Shown: positions 12,001 through 23,200 of the stretch, piece after piece
Layout of the letters: the number at the start of each line of letters is the position of its first letter
How positions within the stretch are numbered: the first letter of the stretch is position 1
Origin: Lama glama
Taxonomy: Eukaryota
Length of the DNA: 64,000 nt
Direction: 5' to 3'
NCBI GenBank assembly: GCA_028534125.1
Contig: CM052817.1
Location: 374,001 to 438,000, forward strand
Notes under the pieces: generated by a model
The model's input: only the letters and a program-made list of their open reading frames with translations
Told to the model about the DNA's origin: nothing
Database searches by the model: none
Made by a program: the position numbers and the translations under genes

Positions 12001-14844
12001 TCAGGACACTCAGACTTTTCACTTTGCACTGTCAGGGAAGGAGGGATGGGCAGGGTCCCTGTCCCCTGAGACAGTGGAGAGGGTGTAGGCTGCAGCTCTC
12101 TCCCTGAGCTGCTGGTGACCCCTCCCTGGAGAGATGCGTGAAAGGCGTGAGCTGGGCGCTTAGAAACTTCTGTCGCAGTCAGTCAGGGAATTGTGCTTCT
12201 GTTGGATCTTGTAAGAAAGAAACAAGCTGTGTTTCGTATCTTCAAGGATTTCATTTTCTAGTCATTCTTTCCTTTACTGCATTCATACCTGTGACTGGCT
12301 GGAAGTTTAGTGCCGAGCCCTTCAGCGTGGGAAGCGTGGGGCCCCCACCAGCAGGTCCTGAGCTCGTCCCGGCCGGGTCGGCGGACTTGAGCACAGACAG
12401 AAGCACAGGGCTGTGAGTGTCTGCACTGGGTGTCAGGACGCCCACCAGAGAGCATTTTGCTGCACCCTAGTTGTGTCCCCCAGAACTGAGGAGGCAAAGG
12501 GAGCGGTGCTGACAGGTGGAGGTGTGTCCACTGCCAGTCCACACGTGCACGCGGGAGGTGCCACAGCTCCTGTGCTGACCCTCGATGCTCTAGGAACACA
12601 CGTATGTGGCTCTCCGTCCAGAGCGCTTCCCTCAGCCACAAGGAACCACCGCACTTGAAAAGTGCGCATGGCAGACACATGAGGGCGTGTGCACCATGAG
12701 CCACAGCCTACGGGGTGGAGCAGGCGGGCACTCCAGCGGTGGGCGAGTCCGGGGCCGTGTGGCGTGTTCTTGGCGTCAGTCATACTTTGTGACTTTCCTG
12801 CAAGTGTGGGGTTCTTTCCAAACTGCAAGCTGAGATGAAGGACTGAACAGTGGAGCCCGAGCAGAGGTGGGGGCGGACGGCCCAGAGCCCAGGTGGGCGT
12901 GCCAGTGTGTCCCCGTCGCGGGGGAGCGCGCGGTTTCCAAGCCACAGAGCTGGCAGCTGTGCCTGGGAGCACGTCGGCTTGGTGGCCGCCCCTGCCCTGG
13001 GGCCTCTCCGGGCTTTGGACCCTGACTCACAGCTGGCAGGAGGGATTTGGAGCTTGAGGCCTGGTGGGACGCCCGCCGAGGGCAGCGCCAAGCGGCTCCG
13101 GCACGAGGACTGGGGACTCTTCCTTTACAGGCAGACCCCTGGGACCTAGGGGTCCTGAGGAGGGGCGCCCCACCCTCCTCCGGTCACGCGCACCCTGGCT
13201 CTGTGGTTCCGTGGGCTTGAACCAGGGACCTGGATTTACCACCGAAGAATTCTAGGAATTTCCTCTTAGTCTGGAAAGAAGACTCATTGAAAACCTCCTT
13301 CACAGCCCACTGCGGGGCGTGAAAGGATCTTCATGCTCCTGGGCCACCACACGAACAGGCCTGCAGAAGGGCCCACTCCACTGGGGTCGGTCGGTTCCAG
13401 GCGGGGGAAGCCTGGAGGGGGGCCACTCCCCCAGGACGGCCCAGCACCAGGCAGCAGGGGGCTGCAGAGCCCAGACCTGGCTCCTTCGGGCCAGCACCTC
13501 TCCTGAGCTCAGAGCCTCCTCTGTCTTCTGTCTGTCCTGCAGGCCTTCTGGATTATTCTATAAAACTCCTCGTGGGGCTGGCGGAGGGCTGGCCCTTGAC
13601 TCTCAGCAGTTCACTTGTGTGCTGGGAAACGGTGCTAGTTGGAACCCTTCCTCTCACTTTTGAAAAACACATCCAGCAACTGTAAATTAATACCCAACTC
13701 GACACTATTCATCCATGTAAATTTTATGGCTAAAAACGAGCTTTCTGCCAGATGGTCTCAGCCTTGTCTCTTAGAGACTGCCAATGCCTACAGAAGGCCC
13801 GGCATCCTCCAGAGCCTGGAGGCCCTGTCCTCTCCTCCTGCAAAGTGTCCCCAGTGCCCTTGACGACCTTGGGCAAGGTGGGCAGCAGCTGGGAAACACT
13901 GGGCAGAGTGCTGGCCGCCCATGAGGTCCTGGCGTTCAGGGCCTGCAACGCCCCAGGCCCGGGGAGTGAAGATGTTTTTATCTAAGAGGGGCCAGAAAAC
14001 TTCCTTATGTTGAAAATGGAGGCCGGAACCTAAGACTGGTTTTGTCCAGGGGAGTGGGCAGCAGGCGGGGGCCAGATGGACACAAGGATTCTTGGAAGAT
14101 GGCCTTCTGGGTAGATCTGACTTTAGAATCACATCAGTATGTGGTGCAATTATAAACAGAACCACACTGCAAGTAACCCTAAGAAATGGAGAATTTGAGG
14201 AGACGGGCAAGTGTCCACTGGAGAGTCCCTGGTGGGCACCGTGTGCCTGCTTCAAGGTGGCCTCCAGTGCTTCGTGGGGGGCAGTTTCTCCAACACAGCC
14301 AGTGTTTCCCACCGTGGGGGAGACTGCCAATCCCTGGGCCTGTGGTGCTGCCCACCCTGCAGCCCTCGCCTTGTCCTCCAGCCCCGTCTCACCTCTCCTG
14401 GGGTCTTCCCGGGCCTCCTCCCCCAGCCCAGTCCCATGTCAGGACTCCGGGAACCCTCTGGGCCCCTTAAGTCTCCCTGTCCCCAGCTGAGTGCCTCTCT
14501 CTGGGCCATCTGCCCGTCCAGCACCCTCTGGCTCCCCAGGGGTATCCTCAGGGTCTGCTTCCCTCCCTGGCTTTCCTGGGTCACGGGCTTCAGGGTGTGC
14601 AAGACTTGCTGGGGTCTCAATCCAACACCCATGCCCTGCTGAGCCTCCACGCCCTTTCGCAGCCCCGTCCCCGTGGCGCCCCATTGCAGGCACCGAGGAC
14701 GGTGTGCCTGTGGTGCTGGCCATCAGGCTGCTGATGTGGGCATGAGGACACCACGTGCCTGCAGAGCATGGGCCACTGAGGGCAACCACGCCCCCCCCCG
14801 CCCACAAGAGCCACGGGAGGAACTCACGACCCAGCGGGTGGTGA

Positions 14845-15540
14845 TTTTTTTTTTTACTAAAGTCATAACAGATGATCTGACCCACCAGGCCAGACTTCTG
14901 AGAGGCAGGACACAGCTGGAGGGTGAGTGAGGCCACCCTAGGTTGGTGGCTGAGGTGGCTGAGCGCCTGTGGGGCTGGCGGGAGGGGACACAGCTCCTAC
15001 TTCGCTCTGTCCCGGAGTCGGAACAAACAGGCATCATCTTGTAACTAAAGGAAAACGAAGAACAAAGTAAAAACCAGGAGAGCAGCTCCAGCACCCAGTA
15101 CTGACGTAGCACCCGTGAAGCATCGTCCCAGAAGGGATTTAAATGACACGAGAGACGGAATGTGGTGACACGCACATCCCAACAGGACACGCTGTAGCAC
15201 GCAGGCGTGGTGCTGCGCCCCCAGAGCTGGTGCTCCTGGCGCTCGGCACAGACCGGGCGGGGCAGGCTGCGCCACAGGCAACCGTTCTGAGGCCCTGCTC
15301 CGCGGTCCCCATTCGTGCAGGGCGCTCGGGTGCAGCCACGTCGTCCTCGTCTTCGGGCTTCCTCCAGTCCCTCCTGCTACAGCGGCTGCACACGCCGGGT
15401 GCAGCGCCCTCTGGCGACCAGGACGGAGCAGCGCGGAGTCGAGCTGAGCTGAGGACGCGGTCCCTGTCCCCACAGCGGCCCTGAGGCGAAGACGCTCTGC
15501 CCTCCGGCTCGCTCATGGCAGCAGCGCTGTTGGCAGCAGA
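14845..15540 (-). pseudogene. Putative decayed intronless retrocopy; BIK/BH3-only-like is the best guess, parent unconfirmed
   Basis: CpG-rich; GCTGCCATGA start at 15516; hydrophobic tail in shifted frames ending about 15045; A11 tract at 14855-14845. Confidence 0.35.
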
Positions 15541-16314
15541 GCCGGGACACAGATGGGGACCAGTCTGACCAGCCTCACCTCATTTCCTGAGCCACCACTC
15601 GGGACCCAGGATCCCCTCCCCTGGCCGGCCCCTCCAAGAACCCCCGAGGCCTACGTGGAGGCGGCGAGTCTCCTGTGCCCCACGTTCACTTCAGCCTCAG
15701 AGATCTTTCCCTCAACATTCAGACTTTCCTTACACGTCGTCAGCAGGAGTGTTCACACTTCTCAGCACTTGTGGGGCAATTTTACGTGAGACACACTCTG
15801 GTCCACACAAGGCCCTGCTCGGACGCCCTCCTGTGTCCCTGCAGGGCATCCGGCTCTGACTCATGACTGCACACTGGCTGCAAGAAAGGGAAGGCCCAGG
15901 TGGAGAACCGGCGGTCAGCATGGTCACTGGGCTATGGTTGTCAGGACACCCACACTGTGTCCTCCTAAATCATGGTGGCTGCACTTAATTTCCACTTGGC
16001 AGACGAGACACCGAGGCCCCAGCACTGCCAGAGAGTGTCCATCAGGCCCCTGTGGGTGCAGCTCCCACCCCAGCCACTGGCCACCAGGCCAGACGAGAGC
16101 AGCACACGCTGGGGCCCAGACCCTGCAGAGGCCAGGAGCACTGTGACCCGCCTACTCGACCCCGGACGGCCCTACCCCCTGCTGCTGGGCTGGGCCCCCG
16201 GCCCCCGACACCCCACTAGTCAGCGTCCGGGCTGAGTCTGGACGTCCGCACGTGCACTGGTGAGGGGGCTGGGCTGGTGTGACGTCGTTTTTGCTTGCAC
16301 CAACATTTGGATGT

Positions 16315-16324
16315 TTTATTTAAT
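16315..16324 (-). terminator. Likely RNF212 polyadenylation signal (overlapping ATTAAA/AATAAA)
   Basis: Minus strand reads ATTAAATAAA about 0.9 kb after the stop, in otherwise GC-rich DNA. Confidence 0.6.
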
Positions 16325-17227
16325 TTTGTCTTTCCAATGAAGATTAACTGAAATAATTGACAAGCTGATGCCAGTGGTCAGCTGAGCCCAAGGGGTAGGT
16401 GGATGAGGGTTGACCAGACACTCATATGTGAAAAGTAACAAAGAATAGGAAATGCCAAAAACATGAGCCACAAGGCAGGGGATGAAGAGTAAGGGTTTAG
16501 AACCGTGGGCCAGGCTGACACCCAGGCCCCAGCCCACAGCCAGGCTCTGCCTGCAGGGAGCACCGCCTCCCCCAACACCTGTGGCCGTGTCGTCCGCTCA
16601 AGAGTCCTCTCTGCGGGCACACTCACCTACCTTCCCACATCCCACACACAGAAACACTGCACTGTCCAGGGTTTTGTAACATGGGCATTTCCTGACATGG
16701 GATGTCGGTCATCTCGCACAGGGCTCCCTCCTGCCCCTGCCCCACGCAGAAATGCCAGCCCACGCGGAGGCGCACGGCCTGCCCAGCCTAAGGCTTCCCA
16801 AGTGCAGAAGGGGTGGCACCTGCTTCCTGCCTGTTACACACCTTGGCAGTGGGCCTGACCCAGGTGGGAGGATCCAGAAGTTTCTGGACAAGTTTCAGGT
16901 AACCGCACCATGAAGGACTAAAATTAACCTGATAAGTCTGTTTTCCAGCTGGCGCTGTCCCGACAGTGGGGTGAGGAGGGAGCACACTGCCCGTGGGGAG
17001 GTCACCCACGAGCCCACGTCTGGAGACAGATTGCTGCTGAACAGGAGCTAAGTCGCGACCAGACGCAGCCAGCAGGGAGGCCACAGGTGGTGCCCGTCCC
17101 ACCCCAGCACTGGCATCTGAAGGCGCTTCCTAGGAGCAGGGCGAGCAGGCGCCCCGGCCAAGATGTTTATCCACTGCGCGAGGGACTTGCCGGTGCTGTG
17201 ATGTGACTGAGGGCATGCGGGGGCCTC

Positions 17228-17262
17228 TCACTCCCACACCTGAACCCTGAGGCCAGCAGACC
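17228..17262 (-). CDS. RNF212: RNF212 putative last coding exon 12 (35 nt including stop)
   Basis: cctcctgcag| (R)SAGLRVQVWE*; in phase with the GC donor at 17454-17453. Confidence 0.6.
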
Positions 17263-20200
17263 CTGCAGGAGGCGTCCAGAGCATGACCCACATGGGATTC
17301 ACTGCGGACACCACTGGTTCCAAACCACCGAGACGCTCAGAACACGATTCTTAAGAACGTTCCAAGTTCCAGTCTCGTGTCTGCTCTCACCACACAGACA
17401 TTCTCACACGTGCATTTCAGGAAAAAAGCGTTTACTTTTCAAAGCAGCACTTGCTTAAATGCTGCCTCTGCAGCAGGCCCGCGATGCTGATGGGGGGCCT
17501 GGGTGCCACCCCTCTCCCCGCTCCGCTGGCTGCTGGGGGCGCTTGGCTCCCGGTCCACCCCTCACAGGGGAGCCGCAGCGCTGGGATCCTGTGATGAATT
17601 CAGTAACACAGTAACTCAGCCTCAACTGCTTTCTAGCATTTAAGGCCAAGTGTAGACTCAAGACATGTTCCGAGAATGACAGGCCAGCCACGTGGCGAGC
17701 TTGGGGCTGCTGGGCCTGCGGGAGCAGCTGCACGTGTAGCACTACCGGGCCACCTCACAGGAGGCCCTTTCTGGGCTGAGGTGACCGTGGCAGGGCCCCC
17801 GAGAAAGGCTGCCCTTTACCAGGCTCAGAGCCTGCAGTCAGTGGAGCCCCCTGCTGGATTCCCTCTGTGCTGACGCAGAAAAAGTCCAGTTACAAACAAG
17901 AGAGCACTGAGCTGGAGGTGGGCGGGCCTGGCTCCCTGGGGGTCAGAGGGCACTGGGTGGAGGGCCCAGCTCCCTGTGGTGGGGTGGGGTAGAGAGCAGC
18001 CTGTGGTCAGGCAGGTGAGTAGGGACAGCATCGTGAACCGAGGGGCAATGGGCATGCAGTCTGGAGGCCAGGGCTGGACTGTGCCAGACGGCAAAATGCA
18101 GACTTGTCGCTGTGGGACCTTGGGTGAGGAGGGGTGAGAGGGGAGGGTCTGCCTTTTAGAGAGGCCACCGGGGCTTCCATCTTAAGAACGAACCCTGAGG
18201 GGCAGCCAGTGAGCGCTTGGATGTGCAGCAGAGAAGGCGGCTGCACATCCAGGACAAGCTTGGCTGAGGGAGGTGCCGGCACGCCGCTCCGAGCTGGGAG
18301 ACGCACCCCACTTGCTTCTGTAAACAGAGCGGTGGGGACGTAGCCAGGCCCCCCGGACGCAGGGCCCACAGGGAACTCACCGCCCCCGGGCCAGTCTTGG
18401 GGTGACCGGCTGTGCAGCCACACACAGTGCTCCTGGGTTTTAGCAACAGGGCCCCCACTAAATTACATTCTAGCTTCAAACACACGAAGTAGCCGGCGAG
18501 GCGGGTGGGCCCCTCACGCTCCCACTTCACCTACCTGGGAGCCTGGGGTTCGCTGGAGCGACACGGCGTCAGGCTGAGGTGCTGAGGGTGGTGGGCCACG
18601 CTGCCTGCAGGGGTGGAGGTGTGTGTGAGCACAGGGCTGCTTCCTCCTCACCCCCTTCAGCATTCCGGCCAAGCACCGGCCCTGGTCCTGCCAAGTCTCA
18701 GGACCCACCGCCAGGGCTCCATCAGGGAGGAGGGGCAGCCCTGGTGTGGACCCTCCCACTGATTTTGGCTCCAGTGACTCTGAGAACCCGGGAGGGAAGC
18801 CCTTCAGTTCTGCTGGGAGGGAGGGGGCAGGACAGCGGGGCTGACACGGGCCCCAGGACGACTTGTGTCCTCTCCACCCAAACCGTGGGATTTTCACACG
18901 GCCTCAGTCTCTGTTGAAACCTTCTGAGCGAATAAGAAGCCTCTTTTAAAGATATAAATGGTCCCTGGTACGTGTCAGTCCCACCAAAGGCAAATGCGGA
19001 AAGACTGCCCCTTCCCGATACCCAAATTCCTCTGCATCTGACGGGTGAGTTCCGATGGTTCGAGAAAGCCAGGGGAGGATGGGAAGACAGCACTAAGGTC
19101 AGGCTCCTTCTGTGTCCTTTCCTGTTACCCTGCGCATAACCGAAGGATCAGAGAGGGGGAGCACCTTGCCCGAGGCTGCACAGCACTAAGAGGCCAGTAG
19201 AGGCCTCATCTCTACCCCTGGGCTGTGCAGGCCAGGAGGACTGCCCACTGCAGGTGCCCCCTGGAGGACCACAGCAGCGGGCTGGGGAATAGAACCCCCC
19301 TCAGCACTGCGTTAACTGTGCTGTTTTCTGTGTTTTCCGAGGGGGGCCGTGCTAACCTTGGGGAGACTGCCCCTCCCGGGGCTGGCTGACTCCCACAGGC
19401 GGCAGAGGCCAGCAGGTGAGTGGAGTGTGCCCGTGACCCCTCCTCTTGTCTGCCTGCCACACTCTGCCCTGATCAGCCCAGGTGGACATCAGACAAACGA
19501 GGCCGTGCCTATGCCAGGACTGCCAGCCCCAAACCCAGCTGGCCTGCACCCACCGCCCTGCCCACTCCTTCCCCCAAAACCACGGCGGAGGCTCTTGCCT
19601 CCGTGGCCCCCTTGGCCCCTTGGCCTCCTGAGTGGCCCTGCCTCCTGCTTCCAGGGACTGTGAGTAAAAACTTCCTTCCCTGTGGCACTGCCTCATCTGT
19701 TGGCCTTATCAGACCTGGCGGCACGGTTCCGGGCGCAGCTGGACATGAGTGACATCAAGGCCCTTCTGTCCAGAGACGACGTGCCCAGCGCCGCGCTGCT
19801 CAGCAGGGCGGCTTCTTACCCACCCACCGGGCACGGTCCCTTGTGGACACAGCTGTTACAGCACGGACAAGGACACCGAGGGCCTGGAGGTCAGTGACTC
19901 ACGAGGTCGTGTGGGCAGTGCTCTGACCCCAGAACAGGGGTCCTTCAGTCCTGCCTGCGGATGCTAGGCCACGGCAGGCCTCTGTCCTGAGGGTGGTGAC
20001 TCAGCTTGCTGCTGGAGGGAGGCGTGATGCCAGGGGCCCGAGGAGGCCATCCTCAGGGCTGGGCTGCAGCCCGACTAGAAGCAGTGACCAGAGGAAGCTC
20101 CACCAGCAACAGGACAGTCCGAGTTAGGCTGCTTCTGCTCAGGAAAGCAAGCTGCTCTCTGCTCCTTGGAAAGACTTCCATTTGAAAATCAAAATGGAAA

Positions 20201-23200
20201 ACGTGTCGACACTTAAAGATGAGTTTCACTGTCAGGAGCATGGGGACACCGGGGGCCGTGATGTCGTGTGGACGGGACACTGAGTGCCGACGGTGCTGGG
20301 GGGGCGCGAGGGGCCATGGAAGGGTCAGCACGGCTCACAGGACAGATGGGCCAGGGAGTGAGACGCTGCGCCCATGGCTCCTCCACTTGCCTGCAAATGT
20401 TTGTGGAGAAGGGACCTCCAGCCATGGTGGAACCGAAACCAGGGAACCCTCTAGAGGGCCGAGCCCGGTGGGAAGGGGCCAGGGAGGAGGAGGCACGGCC
20501 AGGGCTGCAGCCCCTCATCCCCGAGACGAAGGACAAGGCTGGAGGACTCGCACTTGCCGACTTCGAGAAGGTCCCCAAAGCCACAGGGAGCAGGGACAGG
20601 CGGACTTCCAGGCAGCAGGAGAACACTCATGGCACCAGAGGAAGGCGGCTTGCGGCCAACCCCTCGTCAGAAACGCAGGAAGCCGGAGGCGGTGACACGA
20701 CTGCAAGTGCTCGTCGTGGCCAAACAAGGGTTCATGTCCAGTGACATACCCTCCAAACGAAGACGAAGGCATTCAAATGTGCACAAAACTGGGAGATTTC
20801 GCCACCAGCTGACCTGCGCTATGATAAACCGGGCCTTTGGTTTAACCGGAAGCAGCTGCCAACAGTACCAGCCCCAGAGAGGTGACAAGTGCAGGGGTCT
20901 GCGCGCTTCCGTGTCCCCTGCGAGCTTAGTCTCTTCACAGGAAGTACTTCCAACACCGCCTGGCTGGGGTCCCAGCATGCGTGACGACACGGGAGTGAAG
21001 CTCACAAAGTCACTGGCTTCACCAGAGCCCAGGGAGCGCTGGCTGCAGGGGGTGCCGGGCCTGGTCCCCAAGGGGATGGCCGGAGACAGCGCAGCCTGCA
21101 CACCAGTGCAGGGACCAGTGTCCCAGCTCCGCCCCCGCTGCACTTGGAGCTGGAGTCCAAGGTCAAGGGGCCGGGAGCCCCGCAGGTGCGTCTCCTGCAT
21201 GAGGACTCAGTCCCATCTGATCAGGCACCACCCTTACCCCCAGACACCGCCTCCAAGTGCAGTCACAGTTTTGCAGGGACACAACTCAATCCACAGCAAA
21301 TGATGCACTAGAGATACTGAATGCAAAGCGGGCAGTTAAGGAGATTTAGACAAACCAAACATCCCACGGTGGATGCACAACACACAGCAAAGTGGGAGAC
21401 AAACCCAAACCTACCAACAACTACACTGACTATCGAGGGACTGAACACTCCCATCAAAAGGCAGAGGTTACAAGCAGGATCTGACCACGTACTGTCCACC
21501 TGAGGCACGTGCTGGCTCCAAGGACAGACAGGTGACAGCGAAGGTTGAGAAGACACCCTGTGCAAACTGCACCTAAGCTGAAACTGAATGAAGGAAAATC
21601 CACTTTCAAAGTAATTAACTCCTCAGGTACAAATTTACCAAGAAAGCGTAAGGCCAGTACCTCGAAAACCACTGGATTCCTCAGAAACCAGCGTGAACGA
21701 GGGACCCAGTCGGCAGGTGTGTCACGTCCGCGGACTGAAGGCGCGACTCTCCCCGGCTCAAGGGCAGGTTCCGTGACACTCCCACCGGAACCCGAGCAGG
21801 GATTCTGGCAGAATCCGACAAATGGACATTCAGATTTACAGAGACGCGGAGGCTTAGACTAGCCCAGGTTACTCTGGGAAATAAGTACAAGCACCTGATT
21901 TCAAACCTCACCGTGAAGCACCAGTAACCATGACGATGACACTTACGGCAGAAAGGGGGGGACACACTAACCAACAGGACCGACCTCGACTGTCAGCGCC
22001 ACTCGACTAATTCAGTCCTGCTGGCTGGAGGGACGGAATCCCGACCTCGCACAGCCGTGTTTAAAATTTCCCACTGTCTTCTCCTTGATCCCTCGTGATG
22101 CTCCTCCAGACCACGCTGTCCTCAGTCACACCGCCTCCTCTCCAACCCACGCCCCTTGACCTCTGCTCCGCCAGCAGACATCCCCACCACTTCCCGGTAC
22201 TGAGAGAAAATGTTCACTATTTCAGCGTCATGACACGGGCTGTGGGCTTTTGGTGGACGCCCTTCATCAGACTAGGACATGTCCTTCTATCACGTGTTTG
22301 AGAGGTTCTACCGTCAACGACTAGGATTTTGCCAGATTTTTTTTCTTTTCTTCCTTTCTTAATGGAGGTGCTGGGAATTGAACCCAGGACCTTGGGCATG
22401 CCGAGCACACGCTCTACCACGGAGCTCTACCCTCCCCTCCTCAAGTTCTTTTCCTGGTGAAAAGATTTTTTAGGTCCTTTATTCTACTAGTTAACTGATT
22501 TTCAGATGTCAAATAACCTTCCATTCTTGAGCTGAGCCCCCTGGTGACAGTGTAAAATCCTCTTTACATGCTGCTACACTGACTGCCTTGTGTGTGTTGT
22601 GGGCCCTGCGCCACGCTCACGGGGAATACCGCTCAGTTCTCCCGGACGCCTGGCTGTGCTGTGGAAACACTGCTGACCTCATGGACCGAGCCAGGAAGCG
22701 TCTGATCCCACTTCCTGGAAGAGTCTATGCAGGACCGGCGCTAGTTCTTCACACGTTTCATAGAGTTCCACAAAGACGCTGAGAAACAGGCTTTTCTTCG
22801 TGGGAACATTGAGAAGTTACTAACTTAGCTTCTTCACCTGATGGAGGTCCTCCCACATTAAGTACTTCCTCTGAGGTAGTTCCGACCGTTTCTGTCTTTT
22901 CAGGAATTTGCCCACGTCACGTAAGCCGTCTACTCTGTGGGCAGAGTTGCTCGTAACGCTCCCTACGACGCTGGAGCAGCTGCAGGCTGTGCAGCAACGT
23001 CCCTCTGTCGCCCGAGTCCCACCGTGTGTCCGCTCTCCTGGGCAGTCCAGGCACTGCAGTCCCGCTGGCTTCCTCTACTGCTTCTGTTTCTCCTCCGCAG
23101 ACACCGTCTCGCAGCTTCTCCAGGTGGGAGCTTAGACGACTGTTTCCAGGCCTCCCTCCCAACGTCCGCATGAAAAGCTCCGCATCCCCTCCCAGCGTCA

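Noticed and set aside
15410..15445. LDSALLRPGR, resembling the AAA+ second region of homology (PSMC5-like)
   Set aside because: Flanks lack Walker motifs and the following DRKIEF; built from GC-rich codons, so probably chance
22360..22437. tRNA-Ala-like gene (also about 63160-63232)
   Set aside because: Degenerate stems, A-rich tails and, for the second copy, a TSD show these are SINEs
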